Below are positions 1-10,082 of a stretch of DNA of 53,126 bases, one piece after another (position 1 is the stretch's first letter; every line of letters begins with the position of its first letter). The stretch is from NCBI GenBank assembly GCA_020428025.1, contig JAGQNO010000001.1, positions 1-53,126 on the forward strand, written 5' to 3'. The position numbers and the translations under genes were made by a program. The notes below the pieces were generated by a model. It made no database searches. It worked only from the letters and a program-made list of their open reading frames with translations, and was not told the DNA's origin. This DNA is from Candidatus Saccharimonadota bacterium. Its GTDB lineage: Bacteria; Patescibacteriota; Saccharimonadia; Saccharimonadales; UBA4665.

Positions 1-888
1 ATTATGCGGCTGTTTGAAATTAACACTATGACGCGGCAAGCAGAAGAAGCATTTCTGCAGGCTGCGCCCATGACGCAGATTATGCAAGAATCGCCAGAGG
101 TACTGGACGATGCCGCCGCCCAGCCGCTCAAGATTACTGCTGGTAAAGTAGATTTTTCCAATGTCAGTTTTGCCTACCGTGACAATAATGCGGAACAAAC
201 CGTTTTTGATAATTTAGAACTCTCCATTGAGCCGGGCGAACATGTGGGCCTGGTTGGCCCCAGTGGCGGCGGCAAGTCTACGCTCACCCGTCTGCTGCTG
301 CGCTTTGACGATATTACGAATGGCGCCATTTTAATCGACGGTCAAGACATTCGCCGCATCACCCAAACCAGCCTGCGCGACGCGGTTGGCTATGTGCCGC
401 AAGAACCGCTGCTGTTTCATAGAAGTATCCGTGAAAACATTGCCTATGGACGTCCCGATGCCACCCAAGCGCAAATTGAAAACGCCGCCCAAGAAGCTCA
501 GGCGCACGACTTTATTAGCAAGCTACCAAACGGCTACGAGACCGTGGTGGGTGAGCGCGGCGTCAAACTGAGCGGCGGCCAGCGCCAACGCGTTGCTATT
601 GCTCGCGCTATCTTAAAAGATGCCCCTATCTTAGTACTCGATGAGGCAACTTCTGCGCTTGATTCAGAAAGCGAAAAAGCCATTCAGACTGCCTTGTGGG
701 AGCTCATGAAAAACAAAACTTCGCTAGTAATTGCCCACCGCCTCAGCACAATTCAGCGCCTAGACCGCATCCTGGTTTTGGATAATGGCCAAATTGTGGA
801 GCAAGGCTCGCACAAAGAACTCTTGGCAGCCAAAGGTCTGTACGCCAAGCTGTGGGCGCACCAATCTGGTGGGTTCATAGAGGACTAG
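1..888 (+). CDS. ABC exporter, C-terminal ATP-binding domain (gene start lies upstream of the window)
   Basis: Frame is open from nt 1. Walker A GPSGGGKST, ABC signature LSGGQRQR, Walker B ILVLDEATSALD, H-loop IAHRLST. MsbA-type NBD. Confidence 0.9.
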   Translation: MMRLFEINTMTRQAEEAFLQAAPMTQIMQESPEVLDDAAAQPLKITAGKVDFSNVSFAYRDNNAEQTVFDNLELSIEPGEHVGLVGPSGGGKSTLTRLLLRFDDITNGAILIDGQDIRRITQTSLRDAVGYVPQEPLLFHRSIRENIAYGRPDATQAQIENAAQEAQAHDFISKLPNGYETVVGERGVKLSGGQRQRVAIARAILKDAPILVLDEATSALDSESEKAIQTALWELMKNKTSLVIAHRLSTIQRLDRILVLDNGQIVEQGSHKELLAAKGLYAKLWAHQSGGFIED

Positions 889-897
889 CAAAATGAA

Positions 898-920
898 ATA
901 GCACCCGCCATGGGTGCTAT
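898..920. terminator. Hairpin between convergent ABC and L25 genes (likely bidirectional terminator)
   Basis: ATAGCACCC-gccat-GGGTGCTAT, a perfect 9-bp stem followed by atcatttta. It sits between stop 888 (+) and stop 940 (-). Confidence 0.5.
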
Positions 921-939
921 ATCATTTTATGAGTTTTTG

Positions 940-1641
940 TTACTCAGCGGTTTTCTGAGCAGCTTCAGATTCTGTAGCTTCTACAGAGCCTTCAGCGGCT
1001 GGGACGGCGCTGGCATCGGCTTCTTCGGCGTCGCCACCGGCGGCGTCGTTAGCTGCAGCCAGGGCGCTTGGTTCGTAAACGGTGGCAATGGCTTGGTCTG
1101 GGTCCATTTCTGGATCTAACTCTACGCTTTCAGGGAGAATCAGGTCTGCCACGGTGGCTTTGTCGCCTACTTCTACTAGTTTTTCTGCGTTGTAGTAGAG
1201 GCAGTCTGGTAATTTGGCAGGCAAAGCAAAGACGGTGATTTCATCTAGGTTGTTAATGACAATCAGGCTGTTGCGCTCGGCTGGGCTGGACTCGTTACCC
1301 TCATTGTACTGAGGCTTGATTGGCACGATAGCGTCCACGGTTTGGTTAGCATCTACAGCGTTAAAGACCACGTGCACTAGTTGCTGCTTGCGCGGCTCAA
1401 ACTCTGCTTCTTTAATCATGGCGGTGTACTTTTTGCCATCGGCCGTGAGTTCTACGGGGTGGTGACGGCCAGCACCTTTGTAGGCCAAGGTAAGCTCACG
1501 CACATCGCCCTGGACGATGATGGAATCCTTACCGTGGTTGTGGATAACGGCTGGCACCACGCCTTCTTTGCGCAGGTGTTTTACCGCTTTACCGGTTACT
1601 TTGCGCGGCGCTAGTGTGACCGCAACTTTGTCGTTAGACAT
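940..1641 (-). CDS. rplY: 50S ribosomal protein L25, long Ctc form, with acidic Ala/Glu-rich C-terminal tail
   Basis: N-terminus RKVTGKAVKHLRKEGVVPAVIHNHGKDS is typical of L25/Ctc. Two-domain length. The tail is AAGGDAEEADASAVPAAEGSVEATESEAAQKTAE. Confidence 0.85.
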   Translation of the reverse strand: MSNDKVAVTLAPRKVTGKAVKHLRKEGVVPAVIHNHGKDSIIVQGDVRELTLAYKGAGRHHPVELTADGKKYTAMIKEAEFEPRKQQLVHVVFNAVDANQTVDAIVPIKPQYNEGNESSPAERNSLIVINNLDEITVFALPAKLPDCLYYNAEKLVEVGDKATVADLILPESVELDPEMDPDQAIATVYEPSALAAANDAAGGDAEEADASAVPAAEGSVEATESEAAQKTAE

Positions 1642-1701
1642 AAAAAATACTCCTTGTTTGCCCCGTATTATAACAGATTAGCTACGGTAAATAAACAGGC
1701 C

Positions 1702-1710
1702 TGCTATACT
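1702..1710 (+). promoter_or_regulatory. Extended -10 promoter element (TGcTATACT) 8 nt upstream of the dedA ATG; implies a leaderless or near-leaderless mRNA
   Basis: ctgcTATACTagacgtatATG. No Shine-Dalgarno sequence fits in the 8-nt gap. Confidence 0.35.
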
Positions 1711-1718
1711 AGACGTAT

Positions 1719-2357
1719 ATGTTTGATTTTACCCACCTGGTGCAATCCGGCGGTCTCCTACTTTTGGCGCTCATTATTTTTTCTGAATCTGGTATGATGG
1801 TAGGCTTTTTGTTCCCGGGCGATACGCTGCTATTTAGCGCCGGCATCCTAGCCGCCTCTGGCCACTTGCCTATAGTGTGGACAATCGTGGTCATTGCCGC
1901 CGCCGCCATCATTGGCGATAACACCGGCTACCACATTGGTAAACACCTAGGACCGCGCCTATTCAAGAAAGAAGACGGCTTAATCTTCCGCAAAGACCTG
2001 ATTATGAAAACAGAAAAATTCTATGAAAAATACGGCACCAAAACCATGCTAATCGCCCATTTTATTCCTGTTGTACGCTCTTTTGCGCCCGTCACCGCCG
2101 GCGCTGGCCGCATGGATTACAAACAGTTTGTTATTTTTGACGCTATTGGGGACACGGTCTGGGCCGCAAGTATCACTTTGCTGGGTTATTTTGTGGGCTC
2201 GCGTATTCCGGGTATTCAGAACTATGTTGAGCCAATTCTACTAATAATCATCCTTGCTACGCTGCTGCCGACCATCTACCATGCCATGAAAGACCCTAAG
2301 ATTCGCGCCCGATTGAACGCGCGTTTTAATCGTATAATTTCCGTGCTAAAGAAGTAA
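1719..2357 (+). CDS. DedA/VTT-family membrane protein
   Basis: Multi-TM protein with FPGDTLLFSAG and HFIPVVRSFAPVTAGAGRM, the characteristic DedA re-entrant motifs. Confidence 0.85.
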   Translation: MFDFTHLVQSGGLLLLALIIFSESGMMVGFLFPGDTLLFSAGILAASGHLPIVWTIVVIAAAAIIGDNTGYHIGKHLGPRLFKKEDGLIFRKDLIMKTEKFYEKYGTKTMLIAHFIPVVRSFAPVTAGAGRMDYKQFVIFDAIGDTVWAASITLLGYFVGSRIPGIQNYVEPILLIIILATLLPTIYHAMKDPKIRARLNARFNRIISVLKK

Positions 2358-2368
2358 TTATCATTCAA

Positions 2369-2635
2369 TCAGAGCGATGTCAGAATAAGAAATAGCACAA
2401 AGAATCCCACCAAGCTGGCCAGCAAAATAGCTTCTGTCTTAAAGGGTTTGTGCTTTACGGCTGAGTGAATCATTTTTACTAAGTTGTAGATAAAAATTGG
2501 TACATAAATGATGAGCATCCATATGTCTGCAGCAACTCTAGCTGAATCATCGGCGTCTGACGTATTTCCCACGCTGGACATCCAAACAGCCCAAGGAAAA
2601 ATTATAGTCGCAAAACCAATGAAGACACTGATCAA
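2369..2635 (-). CDS. Small hypothetical membrane protein (88 aa, 3 predicted TM segments)
   Basis: ORF with hydrophobic segments. GC looks lower than flanks by eye. No recognisable family. Confidence 0.4.
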   Translation of the reverse strand: MISVFIGFATIIFPWAVWMSSVGNTSDADDSARVAADIWMLIIYVPIFIYNLVKMIHSAVKHKPFKTEAILLASLVGFFVLFLILTSL

Positions 2636-2724
2636 TCTATTTTTTTATGAACCCCATTCTATCCCCACTTTGTAGCAACGTTTCTGTAGTTATATTAGCA
2701 CTCATGCAACTGGTAGCAGTCTGG

Positions 2725-5538
2725 CTATAACATTTTTGAAAGATACTGTCCGGTATAGCTCTTGTTGTTTTTGGCCACCTGCTCCGGCGCGCCTTCTGCC
2801 ACCACTTGGCCGCCGCCGGCGCCGCCTTCTGGGCCCATGTCTAGTATCCAATCGGCGTTTTTAATGACGTCTAGGTTGTGTTCTATGACCACCATGCTGT
2901 TGCCGGCGTCAACCAGGGCGTGCAGCATTTGCAGCAGTTTGTCTACATCGGCCATGTGCAGGCCGGTAGTAGGCTCGTCCAAAATGTAGAGGGTGCGGCC
3001 GGTGGGTCGGCGGCTTAATTCCGTGCTTAATTTAATGCGCTGCGCCTCGCCGCCAGACAGCGTGGTGGCAGATTGGCCCAAGCTAATGTAGCCCAAGCCT
3101 ACATCTACCAAGGTTTGCAGTTTGCGGGCAATGGCTGGCTGGTTTTTGAAGAATTCTAGGGCTTGCTCGCAGGTCATGGCCAACACGTCAGCGATGGTTT
3201 TGCCTTTGTAGTGAATTTCTAGGGCTTCACGGTTGTAGCGCTTGCCGTGACAGACTTCGCAGGGGACGTAGACATCTGGCAGGAAGTGCATTTCTATTTT
3301 GATTATGCCATCGCCGGCGCAGTTTTCGCAGCGGCCACCTTTGACGTTAAAGCTAAAGCGTCCGGGGGTGTAGCCGCGCAGTTTGGCATCTGGCAGGCTG
3401 GCAAACAGCTCCCTAATAGGGCCAAACAAACCGGTGTAGGTTGCAGGGTTGGAGCGCGGCGTACGGCCAATTGGCGACTGGTCAATAATAATAGCTTTGT
3501 CTAGTTCTTTGATGCCTTCTATACTATCGTGCTTGCCAGGAACCGTACTGGCGCGGTGCAGACGGGCCTGCAATTCTTTGGCTAAAATATCGTTAATAAG
3601 ACTGGACTTGCCGGAGCCGGACACGCCGCTGACCACCACTAATTCTCCTAGTGGGATGTCTACAGAAACGTTACGCAGGTTATTTTCCCGCGCGCCTACA
3701 ATACTTAGTTTTTTGCCATTGCCTTTGCGCCGTTTGGCTGGCACAGCGATTTTTTTACTGCCCTCTAGGTACTGCGCGGTTAGGCTGTTTTTAACCTTCA
3801 TGACCTCTGCTGGTGAGCCGGCCGCCACTACGTGGCCACCATGAATCCCAGCACCAGGGCCAATGTCTAGCAGGTAGTCCGCGGCACGGATGGTGTCTTC
3901 ATCGTGCTCCACCACTAGGACGGTGTTGCCTAAATCGCGCAGGTGTTTAAGCGTGTTGAGCAGACGGCCGTTATCGCGTTGGTGCAGACCAATGCTAGGC
4001 TCATCCAAAACGTACAGCACACCCATCAGGCCAGAGCCAATCTGGGTAGCTAGCCGAATGCGCTGGGCTTCGCCGCCACTCAACGTATTGGCAGCGCGTA
4101 GTAAGTTTAGATAATTGAGTCCCACATCTTGCAAAAATTGCATCCTAGCACCAATTTCTTTTAAGATTAAGTGCGCAATTTTGGTCTCTTTTTCATTGAG
4201 TTTTAGGCCGTGGAACCACTTGAGTGCGCTGTCTATGTCTAGCTGGCAGACATCCATAATAGAGCTACCCTTGACCGTTATGGCCAGGACTTCTGGCTTA
4301 AGGCGCAGACCGCCGCAAGCGTGGCAGGGCTTTTCTTGCATAAAGCGCTCTATGTCGCGCCTAATAAAATCGCTCTCTGTTTCTTTATGCCGACGCTCCA
4401 GGTTTGGAATGACGCCTTCATAGGTTGTGTCAAAATGACGACCGCCGCTGAGCGAAATCCGATACGTCTCATTGCCCGTGCCATACAGCAATTTGTCCAT
4501 TTGCTCTGCGCTAAGCGTGCCGGTTGGTTCATGCAAACTAAAACCATGCCGATCCGCCACTGCCTGCAATTTACGCATGTACCAGTTGTCTACATTGACT
4601 CGGTTGTACGGCCTAATGGCGCCCTCTGAAATAGTTAGCCGGCCGTTAGGAATCACCAGCTCTGGGTCAACCTCTAGTCTGTTGCCCAGGCCGGTACAAA
4701 CCGGGCAGGCTCCTTGGGGACTGTTAAAACTAAACGTCCGCGGCTCCAACTCCGGAATGGTAATTTCTGGGTGCTGCGGGCAGGCGTACATTAAGCTGTA
4801 GCTGGTGGTGGCGTTATTAGAGTCGGCATCCAGAATAACCAGTCGGCCCTCTGCCACCTCAAGCGCCTGCTCTACAGACTGGACTAAGCGGCCGCGGCTG
4901 GCTTCATCGTTTACTAAACGGTCCACCACTACTTCTATGCGGTGACGTTTAGCTTTGTCTAGCTCCGGGAATTCATCCAGCGCGTAAACCACGCCGTCTA
5001 CCCGCACGCGGGCAAAACCGGCTCGCTGATACATTTCTGGGATATGTTCAAAGGCACCTTTTTTGTCTATTACTACTGGCGCTAGCACCATGATGCGCTT
5101 GCCAGTAGTAGAGGCCACGATCTGGTCCACAATACCGGCGCTGGTCTGACGCGTGACAGGCGTGCCATCTACCGGACAGTGAGGAATGCCAATGCGAGCA
5201 TACAAAAGACGCAGATAGTCGTAAATTTCCGTAACGGTTGCCACCGTGGAGCGCGGGTTGCGGCTGGTAGATTTTTGGTCGATACTAATGGCCGGGCTTA
5301 GGCCGTCTATCTGGTCCACGTCTGGTTTTTCCATAAGCCCCAAGAACTGCCGAGCATAACTAGACAGGCTCTCTACGTACCTGCGCTGCCCCTCTGCGTA
5401 AATCGTATCAAAGGCTAAAGACGACTTGCCGGAGCCAGACAAACCGGTCACTACCACCAGCTTGTCGCGCGGAATAGTAACATCTATATTTTTTAGGTTG
5501 TGCTCGCGGGCACCCTTAACTACGATTGCGTCGGCCAT
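2725..5538 (-). CDS. uvrA: Excinuclease ABC subunit A
   Basis: 937 aa. Two ABC modules ([14 protein letters not shown] and [13 protein letters not shown], two LSGGEAQRI signatures) and zinc modules CPxC/CxxC. Confidence 0.97.
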   Translation of the reverse strand: MADAIVVKGAREHNLKNIDVTIPRDKLVVVTGLSGSGKSSLAFDTIYAEGQRRYVESLSSYARQFLGLMEKPDVDQIDGLSPAISIDQKSTSRNPRSTVATVTEIYDYLRLLYARIGIPHCPVDGTPVTRQTSAGIVDQIVASTTGKRIMVLAPVVIDKKGAFEHIPEMYQRAGFARVRVDGVVYALDEFPELDKAKRHRIEVVVDRLVNDEASRGRLVQSVEQALEVAEGRLVILDADSNNATTSYSLMYACPQHPEITIPELEPRTFSFNSPQGACPVCTGLGNRLEVDPELVIPNGRLTISEGAIRPYNRVNVDNWYMRKLQAVADRHGFSLHEPTGTLSAEQMDKLLYGTGNETYRISLSGGRHFDTTYEGVIPNLERRHKETESDFIRRDIERFMQEKPCHACGGLRLKPEVLAITVKGSSIMDVCQLDIDSALKWFHGLKLNEKETKIAHLILKEIGARMQFLQDVGLNYLNLLRAANTLSGGEAQRIRLATQIGSGLMGVLYVLDEPSIGLHQRDNGRLLNTLKHLRDLGNTVLVVEHDEDTIRAADYLLDIGPGAGIHGGHVVAAGSPAEVMKVKNSLTAQYLEGSKKIAVPAKRRKGNGKKLSIVGARENNLRNVSVDIPLGELVVVSGVSGSGKSSLINDILAKELQARLHRASTVPGKHDSIEGIKELDKAIIIDQSPIGRTPRSNPATYTGLFGPIRELFASLPDAKLRGYTPGRFSFNVKGGRCENCAGDGIIKIEMHFLPDVYVPCEVCHGKRYNREALEIHYKGKTIADVLAMTCEQALEFFKNQPAIARKLQTLVDVGLGYISLGQSATTLSGGEAQRIKLSTELSRRPTGRTLYILDEPTTGLHMADVDKLLQMLHALVDAGNSMVVIEHNLDVIKNADWILDMGPEGGAGGGQVVAEGAPEQVAKNNKSYTGQYLSKML

Positions 5539-5731
5539 ACTCCCCCTAATTCGTCATGGCAGTATAGCTTATTTTGGTGATTTTTTCTAGTGCTTGCCAA
5601 TTGTTTTCCCTGCCGATTTCTAGAAGCACACGAATAGCCCACGCTAAGTACCCTCTATGGTTCCGGGCGTGGGCTTCTTGATTTTGCTACTTTTTTACAT
5701 CACAAAACCATAAACATTTTTAACAATACTA

Positions 5732-5760
5732 TTGACGATTGTGCTATTTCTGTTTATAAT
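5732..5760 (+). promoter_or_regulatory. Consensus sigma70-type promoter (TTGACG, 17 nt spacer, TATAAT)
   Basis: TTGACG at 5732-5737, 17-nt spacer, TATAAT at 5755-5760. AAGGAG at 5772-5777 and GTG start at 5782 follow. Confidence 0.6.
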
Positions 5761-5781
5761 GCCGCTCACAAAAGGAGAAAA

Positions 5782-5982
5782 GTGGTGTACGATATCTTGG
5801 TTTTAGGACAAATTCCTGGCACGAATTTGGTCATAGATTTTACCATGTGGCTGCAGCTAATGGCCCTATTGATTGCCGTTATCTTCTACGTCTCTGCACA
5901 CCGTCGGCACGAACACCGCACCACTCTTTCACTAGTTCAAGCTCAGAACGATTTACAGCAAATGCTGAATCACACGCTATAA
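5782..5982 (+). CDS. Small hypothetical membrane protein (66 aa)
   Basis: Preceded by a consensus promoter and an AAGGAG RBS. One clear TM segment (WLQLMALLIAVIFYVSA) followed by a basic stretch HRRHEHR. Confidence 0.5.
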   Translation: MVYDILVLGQIPGTNLVIDFTMWLQLMALLIAVIFYVSAHRRHEHRTTLSLVQAQNDLQQMLNHTL

Positions 5983-7404
5983 TTCCGGAGTAATTGATTC
6001 TCCGTACAGTTGCAGCTCGGTTAGCAGGTATTCCTGCTGGCTAGTCAACGACCCAGCGGCCAACTGTTGTAGCCGATTAAAATACCGGGCCAGTGGGCTG
6101 GCCGGGCCGCCAGTTAGCAGCTTATCTTTTAGGTATGCTTCCCAAGCCTCGCGCTGTTCGCCGCTTAGGCTGGCCGGGTAATTGCGTGCCTGGTAGCGCG
6201 GCAGCAGTTTTTGCAGGCGTTGGTCTTGCAGTTTATCCGCAAATTGAGGTAGGTCTTTGGCCGGAGCAGCCCGCAGCGCACGGCTGGCCAGCTTGTCTGC
6301 ATCAGATATAAAACCGTCGTACAGCTGCTCATCTACATCGCCGCTCACACGGGGACGCTCTGTATCCAATATTTCTATGGCCGCCAGAACATTGGCCGCA
6401 AAGGCTTTTTGACCGGCCTTTAGGAGTGTAAGGTTTTTAGTTATTGTGTCTGTATCTAATTGCAGCCGCTGCTCTGCGCCTTTAAGCACGCCTAAAGGAG
6501 CAACCGCTGGGCAGCGATTAAACTTAATGGTTTTGACGGGCAGCGGCACATCTTCTGGTGAGCGGTCTTTTTTATAGCGCCAGGCATCGGCCAGCTCCTG
6601 AGGGGTCATTTTTAGAAACGGCGTGGGGTCATGCCGCAAATCGTACACCAAGGCCTGATCCTTTTGTGGATGATCTGCCAGCTTTACCACGGCCGTGGTA
6701 TGTCCGGTGGCCGATGGATACCGCCCGCTGGTATAGATAAAAGGCTGCCCAGCGCCCACCAGCTTGGCCACTGCCTGCTTGCTGCGCCCATCGAGCAAAT
6801 ACTTAAACAGGTCTGGCTGCTTATCTTTAATGAGTTTGGCCACGGCAATGGTGGCCATGACATCACTTAAGGCGTCGTGCGCGGCCTCGTGGCTCAAGCC
6901 GTTGGCTTTAGTCAGCATTTCTAGCCGATTTGCCGGCTTGCCGTCTGGTGTAAACGGCCATTCTATGCCGTCCGGCCGGAGACCGCGCGTCATGCGTACC
7001 AGGTCTAATAGGTCCCAACGCGAACAGCCGTTTTGCCACTGCCACTCATACGGATCGTAGAAGTTGCGGTAGTGAAGGAAGCGCATAAACTCATCGTCAA
7101 ACCTAATGCTGTTAAAGCCCACAAAAATGGTGCCGGGCTGCACCACTTGGCCATAAAATTCTTGTAAAAACTCGGCTTCTGTCAGGCCGTCCTGCAGGGT
7201 TTGCTGCGGCGTTATGCCGGTGAGCAAAATGGCATCCGGCTCCGGCAGTACGTCTGGCGTGAGCTTGATTAACAGATTAACAGGGTCACCAATTGGCTCC
7301 AAATCAAGATTGGTGCGTTGACCGGCAAACTGCATAATCCGGGCCGATCGCGGCCGTATACCAGATGTTTCTAAATCGTAAAAAAAGAAGCTACCCTCTG
7401 CCAT
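5977..7404 (-). CDS. sbcB: Exodeoxyribonuclease I
   Basis: N-terminus FFFYDLETSGIRPRSARIMQFAG (DEDDh ExoI motif), HDALSDV motif III, about 475 aa with the SH3-like/C-terminal ExoI architecture. Confidence 0.85.
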   Translation of the reverse strand: MAEGSFFFYDLETSGIRPRSARIMQFAGQRTNLDLEPIGDPVNLLIKLTPDVLPEPDAILLTGITPQQTLQDGLTEAEFLQEFYGQVVQPGTIFVGFNSIRFDDEFMRFLHYRNFYDPYEWQWQNGCSRWDLLDLVRMTRGLRPDGIEWPFTPDGKPANRLEMLTKANGLSHEAAHDALSDVMATIAVAKLIKDKQPDLFKYLLDGRSKQAVAKLVGAGQPFIYTSGRYPSATGHTTAVVKLADHPQKDQALVYDLRHDPTPFLKMTPQELADAWRYKKDRSPEDVPLPVKTIKFNRCPAVAPLGVLKGAEQRLQLDTDTITKNLTLLKAGQKAFAANVLAAIEILDTERPRVSGDVDEQLYDGFISDADKLASRALRAAPAKDLPQFADKLQDQRLQKLLPRYQARNYPASLSGEQREAWEAYLKDKLLTGGPASPLARYFNRLQQLAAGSLTSQQEYLLTELQLYGESITPEL

Positions 7405-7459
7405 GGGTCCTATTGTACCTGTTTATCGGTCTTGTTTGCAAATATAAGTTAATAATTAT

Positions 7460-8740
7460 TTAATATTTGAGCTTGCCCACGCCGGCAATTTTAATGGTGT
7501 TACCGGCCTCAATGCCGTCGCGCTCCAGCTTGTGCATAATGCCCATTTTGCGCAGGATGTCGCGCAGGCGCTGGACGGCTTCATCGTTAGTAAACTCTGT
7601 CCGCTGGGCAAACTTCTCTATCTTACGGCCAGTGACCATAAAGGTCTTAGGGCCCAAGCGTTCCACCCGCCAGGCGGCAGCATTATCTGGCAGTGTGATG
7701 ACCGGCAAGGCCGACTCCGACTCTGCGGCAGCCGCCGCTGCCAAAGCTCGCTGCTCATGCACCAACTTGGCGGCGGCATATAAGAGCGGTCTTAGGCCCG
7801 TTCCCGCAGCGGCAGAAATAGCCATAACATGGGTGTTTTTGCCGGCGGCTTTTTGTAGTTGGCCAGCGATATCGGCCACGATTTCATCATCCAGACCGTC
7901 TATTTTGTTAAGCACCACAATTTCCGGCCGACCCGCCAGCTCTGGGCTGTAGGCAGCTAGCTCTGCCCGAATGGCCTTGTAGTCTGCGGCCGGATGGTTG
8001 CTGTAGGCATCCACCAAATGCAGTAGCACGGCCGTGCGCTCTACGTGCCGCAGAAAGTCGTGGCCCAGACCCTTGCCTTCGGCCGCGCCTTCAATCAGGC
8101 CGGGGATGTCGGCCACCAACAGTGCGATGTCTTTGTCTACCGGCGCCATGCCCAGGTTGGGCACCAGCGTGGTAAACGGATAGTTGGCGATTTCTGGCCG
8201 GGCGTTGGAAATGCGGCTCAATAGAGTGGATTTGCCGGCGTTTGGCAGGCCGATTAGGCCAACATCCGCAATCATTTTAAGCTCTAGTTTTAGGTCCCGA
8301 CGCTCCCCCGGCTCGCCCTTTTCTGCAAAGTTTGGCGCCTGCCGTGTGCTGGATAAAAAGTGGGCATTACCAAAGCCGCCGCGGCCGCCGCGGGCCACAA
8401 TAGCTTCTTGGCCGTCCTCTGTTAAATCGGCCAAGATGCCTTCTGGGCCGGTGGCAATGGTGCCAACAGGCACCTGAACCAGCAGGTCCTGGCCACTGCG
8501 GCCATGTTTGTTAGACGACCCGCCAGGCTGGCCGGGCTGCGCCTTAACTTCTTTTTCAAATCTAAAGCGCGCTAAGGTATCTTGGTTGCGGCTGGCTACT
8601 AAAACTACGTTGCCGCCGTGGCCGCCATCGCCGCCATCTGGGCCGCCTTTAGAAATAAACTTTTCCCGCCGCCAACCCAGCTTGCCATGGCCGCCATCGC
8701 CTGCCTGTACCGTCACCGTTACTCTATCTACAAAACTCAT
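7460..8740 (-). CDS. obg: GTPase Obg/CgtA
   Basis: Gly-rich Obg fold (GDGGHG, GGPDGGDGGHGG), G1 GLPNAGKST, G3 DIPGLIEGA, G4 NKID, C-terminal OCT-like domain. Confidence 0.95.
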   Translation of the reverse strand: MSFVDRVTVTVQAGDGGHGKLGWRREKFISKGGPDGGDGGHGGNVVLVASRNQDTLARFRFEKEVKAQPGQPGGSSNKHGRSGQDLLVQVPVGTIATGPEGILADLTEDGQEAIVARGGRGGFGNAHFLSSTRQAPNFAEKGEPGERRDLKLELKMIADVGLIGLPNAGKSTLLSRISNARPEIANYPFTTLVPNLGMAPVDKDIALLVADIPGLIEGAAEGKGLGHDFLRHVERTAVLLHLVDAYSNHPAADYKAIRAELAAYSPELAGRPEIVVLNKIDGLDDEIVADIAGQLQKAAGKNTHVMAISAAAGTGLRPLLYAAAKLVHEQRALAAAAAAESESALPVITLPDNAAAWRVERLGPKTFMVTGRKIEKFAQRTEFTNDEAVQRLRDILRKMGIMHKLERDGIEAGNTIKIAGVGKLKY

Positions 8741-8836
8741 CTCTTTAGATTATAGCCGATAGACGCTAGATTCTAGAATCAAAGAAAATGAGAGAGGCTT
8801 TTATAGGGCGCACAGAAGCCGCTCTACAAAAGCCGG

Positions 8837-9973
8837 CTAATAGACGTATTGGTAGCCGGCTGCTGACAAAGTCCGATAGTTCTGTACATTCCACCCCAGA
8901 TGGTTCATCTCAGAAATCGTAATAGTGCCATCGCCATTCACGCTAGTAACGTAGCCTACATGTCCCCAGCCGCTTGTACCAAGCACAACAGCGGCACCCA
9001 CGCGCGGTTCAGAGCCGGTGGGGATTCCCATAGCAGCAGCGCGGTAGCCCCATGTGGCGGCATTGCCTAAGTTTGTTGGCACAGGATTGCCGGCGGCGGC
9101 GCGCATTTTGGCCACCCACCAGGTACAGTAACCGTAATCATAGCCATTGTAACCGCCAGCTACAGAGTAGTTTGCGCTGGCGCCCCAAGCCGTGCTACTT
9201 GTTGCAGCTACTGGACGCGTGGCCGCTACCACTACGGCGGCGGCTTTGGTGCCATCTGGTATAAGGATGCGTTGTCCGGGTTGGATACCGCTGATTTCTG
9301 CATCGTTAAAGGCAATAATCTTATTTTGGTCAGCCTGATAGGTAGAGGCTAAGCTGGCCACTGTGTCGCCCTGTTTTACGGTGTAGACAATGCCGGTTAC
9401 GGGCGGCACCAAAATTTGCGCGCCAGAGGTAAGCACGTCGCCACTGATGTTGTTGGACCAGCGAATACTGTCTGATGTTACGCCGTACTTGGTGGCAACA
9501 GAGGTGACGCTATCTCCCTCTGCAACTGTGTAGGTAATAATGTCGCGATTAGAGGCAAAAGAGGTAGTTTTGGCAGGGATTTGCGGCTTGGCCACCACGC
9601 TACTAGTAGTTGGCGATAGCGCGAGCTGGGTGGTCTCACTGTCTGCCTGGTTGCTAACTGCGGTGGCCTCTGACAGTGCAGCCACCTGTGCCACGCTTCG
9701 CGCTATGCCGGCCGATGCAACTTGGTCTAACGGATTAATCACACTGCTGCGCTGACTAGGGCGTGCAGCAGCAAGAGATGTAGTCGATTTGCCACTTGGA
9801 GACCCCTGGAGTAAAAAGACAGTGGCGGCAGCAATAATAATTGCTGGCACCACAATTAGTTTTACGGCCGCAAGAGGCCTGCCAGTCAGAAAAGTTGGAC
9901 GGGCTTGGAGCTTGGCTTGAATCGGCTCTAAAGGAGCGGCGACTCTTTGAATTGTCTGTTGAATACTACTCAT
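8837..9973 (-). CDS. Secreted peptidoglycan hydrolase, 2x LysM + C-terminal CHAP domain
   Basis: Start placed at MSSIQQ (ATG 9973); the longer track ORF would overlap mltG. LysM repeats YTVAEGDSVTSVATKYGV and YTVKQGDTVASLASTY. CHAP Cys/His in YCTWWVA and GHVGYVTSV. Confidence 0.8.
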   Translation of the reverse strand: MSSIQQTIQRVAAPLEPIQAKLQARPTFLTGRPLAAVKLIVVPAIIIAAATVFLLQGSPSGKSTTSLAAARPSQRSSVINPLDQVASAGIARSVAQVAALSEATAVSNQADSETTQLALSPTTSSVVAKPQIPAKTTSFASNRDIITYTVAEGDSVTSVATKYGVTSDSIRWSNNISGDVLTSGAQILVPPVTGIVYTVKQGDTVASLASTYQADQNKIIAFNDAEISGIQPGQRILIPDGTKAAAVVVAATRPVAATSSTAWGASANYSVAGGYNGYDYGYCTWWVAKMRAAAGNPVPTNLGNAATWGYRAAAMGIPTGSEPRVGAAVVLGTSGWGHVGYVTSVNGDGTITISEMNHLGWNVQNYRTLSAAGYQYVY

Positions 9974-10082
9974 AATTGGACGGGTGCGACATGCCCACCA
10001 TGGCGCTCGTACCTGTAAAAATGGGGCCAAAAACCACATCTCTACCCCTGTAGTATACCAAAAATAAGCGCTACTGGCAACC

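Noticed and set aside
2762-4801. Nine plus-strand ORFs of 60-131 aa inside the uvrA region (e.g. 3449-3844, 4472-4801)
   Set aside because: They lie antisense to or out of frame with a full-length, motif-complete uvrA. Their Ser/Pro/Arg/Cys-rich composition is typical of shadow ORFs. The same reasoning applies to internal ORFs of obg, alaS, typA, the MFS gene, pcrA and others in the track.
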